This document shows, piece by piece, positions 1 to 9,299 of a stretch of 64,000 nucleotides of DNA. Source of the stretch: an uncultured Solirubrobacterales bacterium (GTDB lineage: Bacteria > Actinomycetota > Thermoleophilia > Solirubrobacterales > JBBDJG01); contig CAWGVJ010000005.1 in the NCBI GenBank assembly GCA_963826005.1, forward strand, positions 76,848 through 140,847, in the 5' to 3' direction. Made by a program: the position numbers and the translations under genes. The notes below the pieces were generated by a model. It saw only the letters and a list, made by a program, of their open reading frames with translations. It was not told where the DNA came from and searched no databases. Within the stretch, counting starts at the first letter, position 1. Each line of letters starts with the position of its first letter.

Positions 1-220
1 TCGGTTGCGATCTTTGCGCCGTTGCTCGGCGCGGTCATCGCCTTCCTGGTGAGGGGATCCCAGAAGGCAATCGAGCTTGTCGCCCGCAAACGGGCGATCC
101 GCGTCGCGCCGCAAGCCGGCGCGCACCCTCCCGATGCGCCCGCTGCTGATCGCAGCGCCGCGCCTCAGCCTGCTCGCCCGCAATCTCGCGGGCCGCGCGC
201 CTCCGCCGGTCTCGGCTTAG
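1..220 (+). CDS. 3' end of a membrane protein ending in LARNLAGRAPPPVSA (candidate arrest-peptide leader); 5'-truncated, frameshift near 95
   Basis: Frame 1 gives hydrophobic SVAIFAPLLGAVIAFLVRG. Frame 2 from about 92 has almost only G/C-ending codons and reads ...PRLSLLARNLAGRAPPPVSA-TAG (218-220). Confidence 0.65.
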
Positions 221-232
221 CTCATTTGTAGT

Positions 233-266
233 GAACCGGCCGCGCCCGTTCGGGGCGGCTCGTTCG
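233..266 (+). promoter_or_regulatory. GC-rich hairpin between the RAPP ORF and the copper operon
   Basis: GAAC-CGGCCGC-GCCC-GTTC-GGG-GCGGCT-C-GTTC imperfect inverted repeat, followed by the GGAGGAAGG RBS and ATG 295. Confidence 0.5.
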
Positions 267-294
267 CCGTTTCGACGAGACGGCAGGAGGAAGG

Positions 295-1425
295 ATGGCC
301 CGCAGAGGCCTGTGCGGCACGCTTGCGTGCCTGATCGTGATGACGTTTGGGGTGGCCCAAGCCGGCGCAGCGCCGGCTCCCTGTGGCGCGCCCCAGATCA
401 CGGACGCGTCCGGCGACGGCCATCACGCGAACACCGACGTGCTGGCGGCGTGGCTCTCCGGAGCAGTCCGGCCACCTGCAGGCGGTCATCAAGGTGAACC
501 AGGCACGTGTGGGAACCCGCCCACGACGACTCGGAGTACGCGAGCGTGGCATTCCTGTTCGACAGTCCGGGGGTCAGACCCGGTACGTGCGCGCCGAGGC
601 TCCTCGGCCGCCCGCACCGATCAAGTTCGACCACGGCACCTGGACCGGAGGCGGCGGGTTCGTCAGCGCGGGTCCGACGACCGGGGCAGGCCGTTGCAGG
701 CCAGGGCGGTACGGTCACCATCGACGTGCCTCCGCAGACGGGGGCCGTCGCCGGTGCTGTCCTCACGCAGTCTGTTCGTCCTGACGTGGGACGGCGTCGG
801 GGTCGAGCCCCACTGGGTCGACCGGGCGCCCGGCGGCGTGACGCCCGCCGGTACCGAGTACGGAGCCGACTATCGGGTCGGACCGTGCGGTGGCGCCGGC
901 GGCACTGCGGGGCTGTCCGTGTCATCGGTGCAGCTCCGGGCGCGCAGCAAGCTCGTCGGCGGCGGCAAGGTCACGGTGAAGGGCAGCATCGCGCCCGCTC
1001 GCGGCGGCGTACCGGTCGAGCTCACGGCGAAGGCCCGCCGTGCGGTGGTGCGCAAGCTCACCACCCGGGCCGACGGCACGTTCTCGGTGTCGATGCCGGT
1101 GTCGGAGACGACGCAGCTGCGGGCAGTGGCCGGCGGCATCGGGTCGCAGACCCAGACGGTCACCGTCGTGTCCAAGGTCCGGATCAAGGTCCGGCACCTG
1201 AGGGGCGGCGGCGTGCTGGTGCGGGGCAAGGTGCGTCCGAAGCTGCCCGGTCGCGTGCTGTTGCTACGCACCACGTCAGCCATTCCCTCGGCGCGGACCG
1301 TTGCCCGCAAGGGCCGGTTCACCTTCCGTTTCAAGCATTTACGACGCGGCACCTACCAGGCCGTGTTCATTCCATCCAAGGGCCGCGCAGAGCGGGCCAC
1401 TTCAAATAGAGGAGTAATTCGATGA
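295..1425 (+). CDS. Secreted hypothetical protein with His motifs and a basic C-terminal beta domain (frameshifted about 460-770)
   Basis: Signal peptide MARRGLCG...AQAG and a strong RBS. Pieces in three frames join into one protein (GDGHHANTD, WEPAHDDSE, FVLTWDG). K/R-rich C-terminus. Confidence 0.7.
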   Translation: MARRGLCGTLACLIVMTFGVAQAGAAPAPCGAPQITDASGDGHHANTDVLAAWLSGAVRPPAGGHQGEPGTCGNPPTTTRSTRAWHSCSTVRGSDPVRARRGSSAARTDQVRPRHLDRRRRVRQRGSDDRGRPLQARAVRSPSTCLRRRGPSPVLSSRSLFVLTWDGVGVEPHWVDRAPGGVTPAGTEYGADYRVGPCGGAGGTAGLSVSSVQLRARSKLVGGGKVTVKGSIAPARGGVPVELTAKARRAVVRKLTTRADGTFSVSMPVSETTQLRAVAGGIGSQTQTVTVVSKVRIKVRHLRGGGVLVRGKVRPKLPGRVLLLRTTSAIPSARTVARKGRFTFRFKHLRRGTYQAVFIPSKGRAERATSNRGVIR

Positions 1426-2451
1426 AGCTCGTTCGCAATCTCGCGGTTCTCGCCGCGGCGGTGGCAGCACTGGTCGTTCCGGCGACCGTGTCTGCACACC
1501 CGTCGGTGTATACGGAAACCGCCACGATTGACACAAACCCGGCAGCAGGCCAGTACACGCTCGCCCAACAGACCCGGCACGTGGTCACGAACCACGGCTA
1601 CACGATGCTCCTGCGGGAGACCAACGGCGCAACCGACAAGGGTGTGATGGACTACTCCCGCCTGCCGGGCGACTATCGCGCCGCGATCCCCGGAAGCCAG
1701 GTGCTGGCCGAGGGTGACACCGGCGCGCAGGCGCACGCGACCTGCCGGGGCGTCGCGGCGCTCTCGAGCGAGTCGGCGATCAGGGGCTGGCAGGGCGCAG
1801 ACCCGTTCTACAACTACGTGCCGTTTCAGGCGACGCAGCGCCGGCCTGGAGGACGACCCGGCCACCTGGATCGACGACGTGCTGGCGCTTGACGGGAGCC
1901 TCGACCTCGACACAGGTCACCGACGCCGGCAGCCGCCTGCGCAGGCCTCGGGCGGGACGTACACACCGGCGGACGAGACCCAGTCGAGCACGGCGTCGCT
2001 GAACAGCGGCTACGCGCACGACCTGACCACTCCGCTGAACGCGCAAATAGCCCAGCTCCAGGCGGATCTGGCAGCAGCAAATGCAGGACAGGTCCAGGCA
2101 CAGAGCTCGCTCGACGCGGAGAACCAGTCGCTGAGGGCCGAGGTCGCGAAGCTGAAGCTCGAGGCGACGCGGCTGAAGATCAACTCGGTCGCGGGTAACG
2201 CGATCAAGCTGGCGGGTCCCGCCGGCAAGGCGGTGACGCTCAAGCTGACCGTCAGCAAGAAGGTCGCGAAGGCCCGCAAGCTGAAGTCTCGCAATGTGGG
2301 CACGGCCACCGGCAAGATCGGGGCGGACGCGACCGCGACCATCCCGTTCAACGCGAGCAGCAAGGCCCTCAAGAAGGGCTCCCTGAAGGTGACCGTCACG
2401 GCCACCTGCGAGGACCGCGTGGCGACAACCGCCGCCACGCTGAAGGGGTAG
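1422..2451 (+). CDS. Secreted protein with predicted N-terminal His (VSA/HPSVY), coiled coil and basic C-terminal domain (frameshifted about 1830-1930)
   Basis: ATGA overlap with the upstream gene and a signal peptide. ORFs 1422-1892 and 1714-2451 join. Confidence 0.7.
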
Positions 2452-2536
2452 CGGTACGCTCCCGCGCCAGTTGACGAGGAGGGCGCCGGGTCACCCGGCT
2501 CGGCGCCCGCCTCCGTTGTCGAACCAGAAAGGAACC

Positions 2537-2911
2537 ATGAGCTTCAAACGCCTCTCCGTTGCCACGGTCGCGGCTGTGCTTGCGACAGCCGCCTTCATGA
2601 CCGCGATCGCGACCGCGCACGTCGATGTCGAGAAGACCACTCCGAAGCGCGGCGGGTCGGCGAAGACGTCGCTGGCGAGCGTGACCGTCACGTTCAGCGG
2701 GCCACTCCGGCGCGGAACTCTGCGCGTCACCGGCCCTGGAGGCAAGGTCGTGTCAATCGGCAAGGGCGGCCGCGACCCAAGAAAGATCACGCGGCTGATC
2801 GCCGAGCTGAAGAGCTCGAAGGCGGCCGGTCGGTACAAAGCCAGCTGGACACTCGTGGCCGCCGATGGCCACAACCAGCACGGGTCGTTCCGGTTCAGGC
2901 TGAGGAAGTGA
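2537..2911 (+). CDS. copC: CopC-family copper-binding protein
   Basis: Signal peptide, mature N-terminal His (ATA/HVDVE), C-terminal YKASWTLVAADGHNQHGSFRF. Confidence 0.9.
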   Translation: MSFKRLSVATVAAVLATAAFMTAIATAHVDVEKTTPKRGGSAKTSLASVTVTFSGPLRRGTLRVTGPGGKVVSIGKGGRDPRKITRLIAELKSSKAAGRYKASWTLVAADGHNQHGSFRFRLRK

Positions 2912-2915
2912 TCCG

Positions 2916-3578
2916 GTGAGGCGGATGACACTCGCGGTGCTCTTGCTCGCCACGTGGCCGGTTTTGGTTGACCCCGCGCAAGGGCATGTGCAAGTCAGCC
3001 CCACGCTGGCCGCACCGGGCGACGCCGTGAAGTTCCTGTTCTTGGTTCCCAATGAGCGCGAGGAGAGCACCGTCGAGGTTGCGCTCCAGGTTCCCAAGGA
3101 CGTCCTACCTTTCTCGTTCGACGACCCACCCGGCTGGCGCCGCACGCTCGAGAAGAGGGGCGACGGCAGCATCGAGGTGGTCCGCTGGCGCGGGCGTCTG
3201 CAAAGCGACGGCTTCGCCGAGTTCGCGTTCCTCGCCTCCACCCCCGAAAAAGTGGGGCCAATCGCCTGGAAGTCGATCCAGACCTACGCGGACGGCAAGG
3301 AAACTGCCTGGATCGGTCCCCCCGACTCCGACGAGCCCGCGGCGGTGACCCAGGTGACTGCGGACGCTCCGCTCCAGAACGCGGGAGGCGAAAGTGAAGG
3401 CGGCGAGGCTGCACCGGCCGAAGCCGCAGCGACTTCCACCACGAGTGGTGATGACGACAATCGCGATCCGCTAGCGATCGTGCTTGGTGCGGGAGGGCTG
3501 GTGCTGGGCGCGATAGCGCTCTTCGTCGCGCTCCGCAGCCGGCGCGGTCGAGACGCTCCCAATGCTGGTCCCTCGTGA
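2916..3578 (+). CDS. YcnI/DUF1775 copper-binding membrane protein
   Basis: QG/HVQVSP, VPNE, PPGW, IQTYADG..WIG motifs and a C-terminal TM helix. Confidence 0.9.
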   Translation: MRRMTLAVLLLATWPVLVDPAQGHVQVSPTLAAPGDAVKFLFLVPNEREESTVEVALQVPKDVLPFSFDDPPGWRRTLEKRGDGSIEVVRWRGRLQSDGFAEFAFLASTPEKVGPIAWKSIQTYADGKETAWIGPPDSDEPAAVTQVTADAPLQNAGGESEGGEAAPAEAAATSTTSGDDDNRDPLAIVLGAGGLVLGAIALFVALRSRRGRDAPNAGPS

Positions 3579-3596
3579 CCAGGTGAGGAGGTACAG

Positions 3597-4253
3597 ATGA
3601 GACGAGTGAAGTGGTTCACGGGCTGCGTTGCGGTCACGGCGACCTTGGCCCTGCCGGCCGTCGCCGGTGCCCACGTCGCGGTCCTGCCCGATCAGGCCGC
3701 CGCGAAGGCCTTGGTCGTCGAGAACGTGCACGTGCCGAACGAGCAGGACGACGCGAGCACGAACAAGGTCTCGGTCCAGTTCCCGCCCGGGTTCGCGGAG
3801 GTCTCGTTCGCGCCCGTCCCCGGTTGGAAGGTCGCGGTCAAGAAGACCAAGCTGGCCGAGCCGATCACGACGGACGAAGGCGACAAGCTCACCGAGCAGG
3901 TGTCGCAGGTGACCTGGAGCGGTGGAAAGATCGCCCCGGGCGAATTCCAGGACTTCCCGATGTCGCTGGAGATGCCGGAAGAGCCGCAGACGCTGACGTT
4001 CAAGGCCATCCAGACCTACGACAACGGTGACGTCGTGCGTTGGATCGAGCCGGCGGGCGGGGAAGATCCCGCGCCTCAGGTGAAGGTGGTTGCCGCCGCG
4101 GGCGGGAGCACTACGGCGACTCCAGCCGCATCCACGTCGAACGGCGGCGGGGACGACAGCTCGGACACGCTCGCGATCATCGCGCTGATCGTGGGTGGAC
4201 TCGGCCTGGTGGCCGGGATCGCAGCGCTCGTGACACGGCGGCGGGCTGCGTAG
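3597..4253 (+). CDS. YcnI/DUF1775 copper-binding membrane protein (second paralog)
   Basis: [31 protein letters not shown] motifs and a C-terminal TM helix. Confidence 0.9.
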   Translation: MRRVKWFTGCVAVTATLALPAVAGAHVAVLPDQAAAKALVVENVHVPNEQDDASTNKVSVQFPPGFAEVSFAPVPGWKVAVKKTKLAEPITTDEGDKLTEQVSQVTWSGGKIAPGEFQDFPMSLEMPEEPQTLTFKAIQTYDNGDVVRWIEPAGGEDPAPQVKVVAAAGGSTTATPAASTSNGGGDDSSDTLAIIALIVGGLGLVAGIAALVTRRRAA

Positions 4254-4283
4254 AGCCGGTCCGCCTTTCCCACCGGATGTCCG

Positions 4284-5241
4284 TCAGCTGCGCGCCGATA
4301 GCAGCTGGCGGATGTCCTTGGGGAGCATGAAGCGCACGTCCTCCTCGGTCACCTCCAGCTCCGAGACGTCCTGCGCGCCACGCTCGCGGAAGAACGCGAT
4401 CAGCCGCTGCACCAGCTCCTCCGGCGCGCTCGCGCCCGAGGTGATGCCGACCGTCTCCACGCCTTCCAGCCACTCTTCCTTGACCTCGTGCTCGTTGTCG
4501 ATCAGGTGCGAGCTGGCGCCGTGCTGGCGCGCGACCTCGACGAGCCGGTTGGAGTTGGACGAGTTGCGTGAGCCGATCACGAGCACCAGGTCGCAGCGCG
4601 GAGCAAGCTGCTTGACCGCGTCCTGGCGGTTCTGCGTCGCGTAACAGATGTCGTCGGTGCGCGGCCCGACCATGTTCGGGAAGCGCTCGCGCAGCTTGCG
4701 GATGATCCCCATGGTCTCGTCCACCGAGAGCGTGGTCTGCGTGATGAAGGCGACCTTGTCGGGATCGTCGACCTCGAGCCGCTCGGCGTCCTCCTCGGTC
4801 TGGACCAGCACGATGTGCTCGGGCGCCTCGCCGGTCGTGCCCTCGACCTCCTCGTGGCCCTCGTGCCCGACGAGCACGATCGTGTATCCGTCGGCGGCGA
4901 ACTTGCGGGCCTCGACGTGCACCTTGGTGACCAGCGGGCAGGTCGCGTCGATCGTGTTCAGGCCGCGTAACTCCGCATTGGCGTGCACGGACGGCGCCAC
5001 CCCATGCGCGGAGAACACCACGGTCTGGCCCTCGGGCACTTCGGTCTCCTGGTCGACGAAGATCGCCCCGCGCTGCTCGAGGCTCTGCGACGACATGCTT
5101 GTTGTGCACGATCTCCTTGCGCACGTAGACCGGCGGCCCGTACAGGTCGAGCGCCTTCTCGACCGTCTGTACGGCCCGGTCGACGCCCGCGCAGTATCCA
5201 CGCGGCGCGGCGAGCAGGATCTTGCGGGGACCGCGGACCAT
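4284..5241 (-). CDS. ispH: 4-hydroxy-3-methylbut-2-enyl diphosphate reductase (frameshift about 5085)
   Basis: [41 protein letters not shown] motifs. Confidence 0.95.
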
Positions 5242-5262
5242 GGACGTCAGTTTAGAGAGGGG

Positions 5263-6911
5263 CTAGCGGCGCACGCGGACCACGAAGCTCGGCGCGGCGC
5301 GTGGGCTCGACGTTGCCGGCGAGGTCCCGGGCGCGGACGAAGAACCTGTAGCGCTTGCCGCGCTGCCCGCGGTAGCGGTAGCGGTTGTCCGTCGTGACGG
5401 CGATCAGCTTGTCGCGCCCGCCCCGCTTCAGGTAGACCGAGTACGACTCGATCCCGGCCGCCGCCACCCCGGGGGGCGCGAGATCGCGGCCCTTCCAGCT
5501 GAGCGTGAACTGCCGCCCCACGCGGCGGCTGCGCGCCGCCGCGCCGGCTGGTCTTCGGCGCCACCGTGTCCTGCACGAGCGCGACGGCCCGCTGCACGGC
5601 GGCGCCGGCGTTGAGGATGCCCCAGCCCGAGCTCGGTGTTCCAGCCGCCGGAGCGGCTCGCCGTCTGCTTCATCAGCCGCACCACCGACGTGCGGCTCAG
5701 CTTCGGGTTGGCCGCACGCACCAGCGCCACGGCCCCCGCCACCTGCGGAGCCGCCATCGACGTGCCCGACAGGTACGCGAACCGCGGGTCTGCCGTTGAA
5801 GATCACGCGGCACGTCGGGCAGGGAGGCGCCAGGGAGGGCCGCCCGTCTCGATCTGGGTCACGTTCTCCGGGAAGGTCGAGAAGATGCCGCCGCCGCGCG
5901 TACCGGTGTCGCCCATCGCCGCCAGCGAGATCTGCGATCCGCGCCCCGCGAAGGAGGCGCGCGTGCCCGAGAGCTCCGCGGCCGTGACGACCAGGCCGGC
6001 CCCCTGCTTGATGTTGCGCCCGGTGCCGGTCGGCTGGAGGTCCTTGGCGGGATGCCCCTGCTCGGCGATCGGAGAGTCGGCCGCCGCCGCGATCAGCACG
6101 ACGTCCTTCGCCAGCGCATAGCGCAGCGCGCGCATCTCGCCGTCGCTCAGGCGCCCGCCGCCGAAGCTCATGTTGATCACGCCCGCGCCGCCGCGCGCGG
6201 CGTCCACGAGCGACGCGATCACGCTGGAGCTGGTGAGGTCGCTCTTCTCGAGGATCAACTGGCAGTCGAAGCCCGACCCGGCGATGCCGAAGCCGTTCCC
6301 GGACGCGCCGCAGGCGAGACCGCTGACGTGCGTGCCGTGCCCGACCTGCGTCGCCCGTGCCCTCGGTCGTGCCGTCGCGATCGTGTGCGGAGCGCAGCTT
6401 CGACGCGAGATCCGGATGGGCGGAGTCGATGCCGGAGTCGATGATGCCCACGATCGCCCCGGTCCCGCGGCTCAGGTCCCACGCGGCGGGAAAGCCCTGC
6501 CGGTGCGAGGTACCACTGGTACTCGACGCCGATCAGGGGGTCGATCGCGGTCATGGCGGGATCGTTCGGCACGAGGCGCGTCCGGTGGCGCACCTCGCGC
6601 TCGACCTCGGCCACGCGCGGGTCGCCGGCCAGTCTGCGCCGCAGCGCGGAAAGCGTGGTGCCCGGCGGGATTCGCACGCTCATCACGCCCACCTCCGGAA
6701 CGTCGGGCCGGGCGCGACGCAGGCCGTGACGCGCGATCACGGCGGACGCGGAGGCGCGCACCGTGGCCCGGGCCGACGCCGAGACGCCGGGTGCGGTCTG
6801 CTCCAGCAGCACCAGCGCGCGACCGGGGACGACGCCGCGATCGCTTGCGAGCGCAGCGCCCGGGACCAGCGCGAACAGCGCCGCTACTGCCAGCGAAAGG
6901 CGAAGGATCAT
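5263..6911 (-). CDS. Secreted S8 subtilisin-like serine peptidase with C-terminal FN3-like domain (several frameshifts)
   Basis: Signal peptide, IIDSGID (Asp), GHGTH (His), VINMSFGG, GTSMAAPQVAG (Ser), RARDLAGNVE. Confidence 0.85.
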
Positions 6912-7104
6912 TCGGGCTGAGCGTTCAGCGAAGCCACATGACTGAGGCGGGGCGAAGCCCCTTGATGTTCCACACTCCAGAGTACGGACACGGACCCCGT
7001 CCAGTATCGGTTCGGCCGTCTCCGAGACTGAATCGCTGGACAGTTTGGCCAGCGCGGCAGACGGCCGATCCGAGCGGCCGCCGTCCCGTTATTCTCCGGA
7101 GTCG

Positions 7105-9299
7105 ATGGAGGGGTTGTCGAGGTTGCCTGGTGGAGACGGTCTAGACGGGCGCGAACCGCGCGTGCTCGCGATCGACGCGGGCGGCACGATGACGGACACG
7201 TTCGTCGTCGACAGACAAGGCGATTTCGTGGTCGGGAAGGCGCAGACCACTCCCTCCGACGAGGCGGTGGGCTTCATGGCCTCGACGCGCGACGCGCTCG
7301 ACTACTGGGGGCTCGAGGCAGAGGTCGCGCTGCCCCTGATGGTCTCCGGCATCTACTCGGGCACGGCGATGCTGAACCGCCTGCTGGAGCGCAAGGGGCG
7401 CCGGGTCGGCCTGATCGTGACCGCGGGCATGGAGGACGCGCTGCGGCTCGAGCGCGGCATCCAGACGTACCTGGGATATCCGTACTCCGACCGGCTGCAC
7501 GTCGCCACCCACCACCACAACGAGCCGCTCGTCCCGCGCGAGCTGGTGCGCGGGGTGCGCGGGCGCGTCGACCTGTTCGGCGACGAGGCGATCCCCCTCT
7601 ACGAGGACGAGGCGCCGGGCGGCTGCGGAGGAGCTGGTCGCGGCCGGCGTCGAGGGCATCGTGGTGAACCTCCTCTACAGCTACCGCAACGGCTCGCACG
7701 AGCAGCGGATCGCGGAGATCATCGCCGAGGTCGCGCCGGACATGCCGGTGTTCTCCTCCTCCGACCTCTACCCCATGCGCCGCGACTTCCCGCGGCTCAA
7801 CTCGACGCTGATCGAGGCGTACGCGGCCGAGCCCTCGCGCGAGCAGCTCGCGAAGGTGCGCGACGCCACCAGGGATGCGGGCGCCCAGTTCGACCTGCGG
7901 ATCATGGCGGCGCACGGCGGCACGATCTCGATCGACGCGAAGGAGCTGGCGCGCACGCTGATCTCGGGACCGATCGGCGGGGTGATCGGGGCGCGCTACC
8001 TCGCGGACGAGATCTCGTCCGGCAACGGATCGGGATCGCTCTCCGCGCGGAACATCGTCTGCACCGACATCGGCGGCACGAGCTTCGACATCGCGCTGAT
8101 CACCGACGGCGAGTTCAACATCAAGCAGATCCCCGACATCGGCCGCTTCCTGCTGAACCTGCCGCTGGTGCAGGTGGACTCGATCGGCGCGGGCACCGGC
8201 TCGTTCGTGCGCATCGACCCGAACTCGGGGCGGCCGGAGCTGGGCCCCGACTCCGCCGGAGCGAGCATCGGCGTCTCGTGGGCCGAGGGCGGCCTCGAGA
8301 TCCCGTCCGTCACGGACCTGAACCTGGTGCTCGGGCGGGTCAACCCGGACTACTTCCTGGGCGGCGACATGAAGCTCGACTACGAGCTGGCCCGCGCCGC
8401 GATCGCCGAGCAGATCGCGGAGCCGCTCGGCCTCGACGTCGAGCACGCCGCCGCGGGGATCATCGAGCTGTTCGACGAGACGCTCAAGTACCAGGCCGTG
8501 GCGCAGGTGCTGGGGAAGGGCTACTCCCCCGTCGACTACACGCTGCTCTGCTACGGCGGCGGCGGGCCGCTGCACGTGGCGGGCTACACGGACGGCGTGC
8601 CGTACCGCGACGTGCTGGTGCCGGCCTGGGCCGCGGGGTTCTCCGCCTTCGGCTGCGCGTGCGGCGACTTCGCCTACCGCTTCGACCTGACGCATCGACA
8701 TGCCGATCGAGCCCGGCGGCCGACGATGACCAGCGGCTCGGCGTCGGCATCTACATCGACGGCGGCTGGCAGATGCTGCGCGAGCGGGTCGTCGAGGAGT
8801 TCGCCAAGTCCGGCGTCGCCGAGGGCGACATCACCTTCCGCCACTACGCGCGGATGCAGTACTACGGCCAGCTGAACGACCTCGAGATCTACTCGCCACA
8901 TCAGAGCATCACGGAGACGTCGCACGTCGACGACCTGATCGCGGCGTTCGAGGATGCCTACGGCAAGCTGTACGCGCGCTCGGCGAGTTCACCCGAGCTC
9001 GGGTACCTCGTCACCAACGTGATCGTGACGGGCTCGGCCGAGGTCGAGAAGCCGGCGCTGCCCGACGAGGCCGAGACCGGCGGCGAGCCGCCCACCAAGG
9101 GGAGCCGGCAGGTGTGGTGGAGCGACGGCTGGCGGGAGACGCCGCTGTACGAGCAGGATCAGATCAAGGCCGGGCAGTCGGTCTCCGGCCCCGCGGTGAT
9201 CGAGTCGCCGGCCGACACGTTCGCGATCCCGCCGGGCCGCCGCGCACGGCTCGACTCGCATCGCATCTTCCATTTGGAAGACCGAAGGGAGCTGACCAC
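7105..9299 (+). CDS. acxA: Acetone carboxylase beta subunit (hydantoinase A family), frameshifted; end approximate
   Basis: IDAGGTMTDTF, SGTAMLNRLL, SGPIGG, DIGGTSFD, YGGGGPLH, GPAVIES. Confidence 0.85.
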
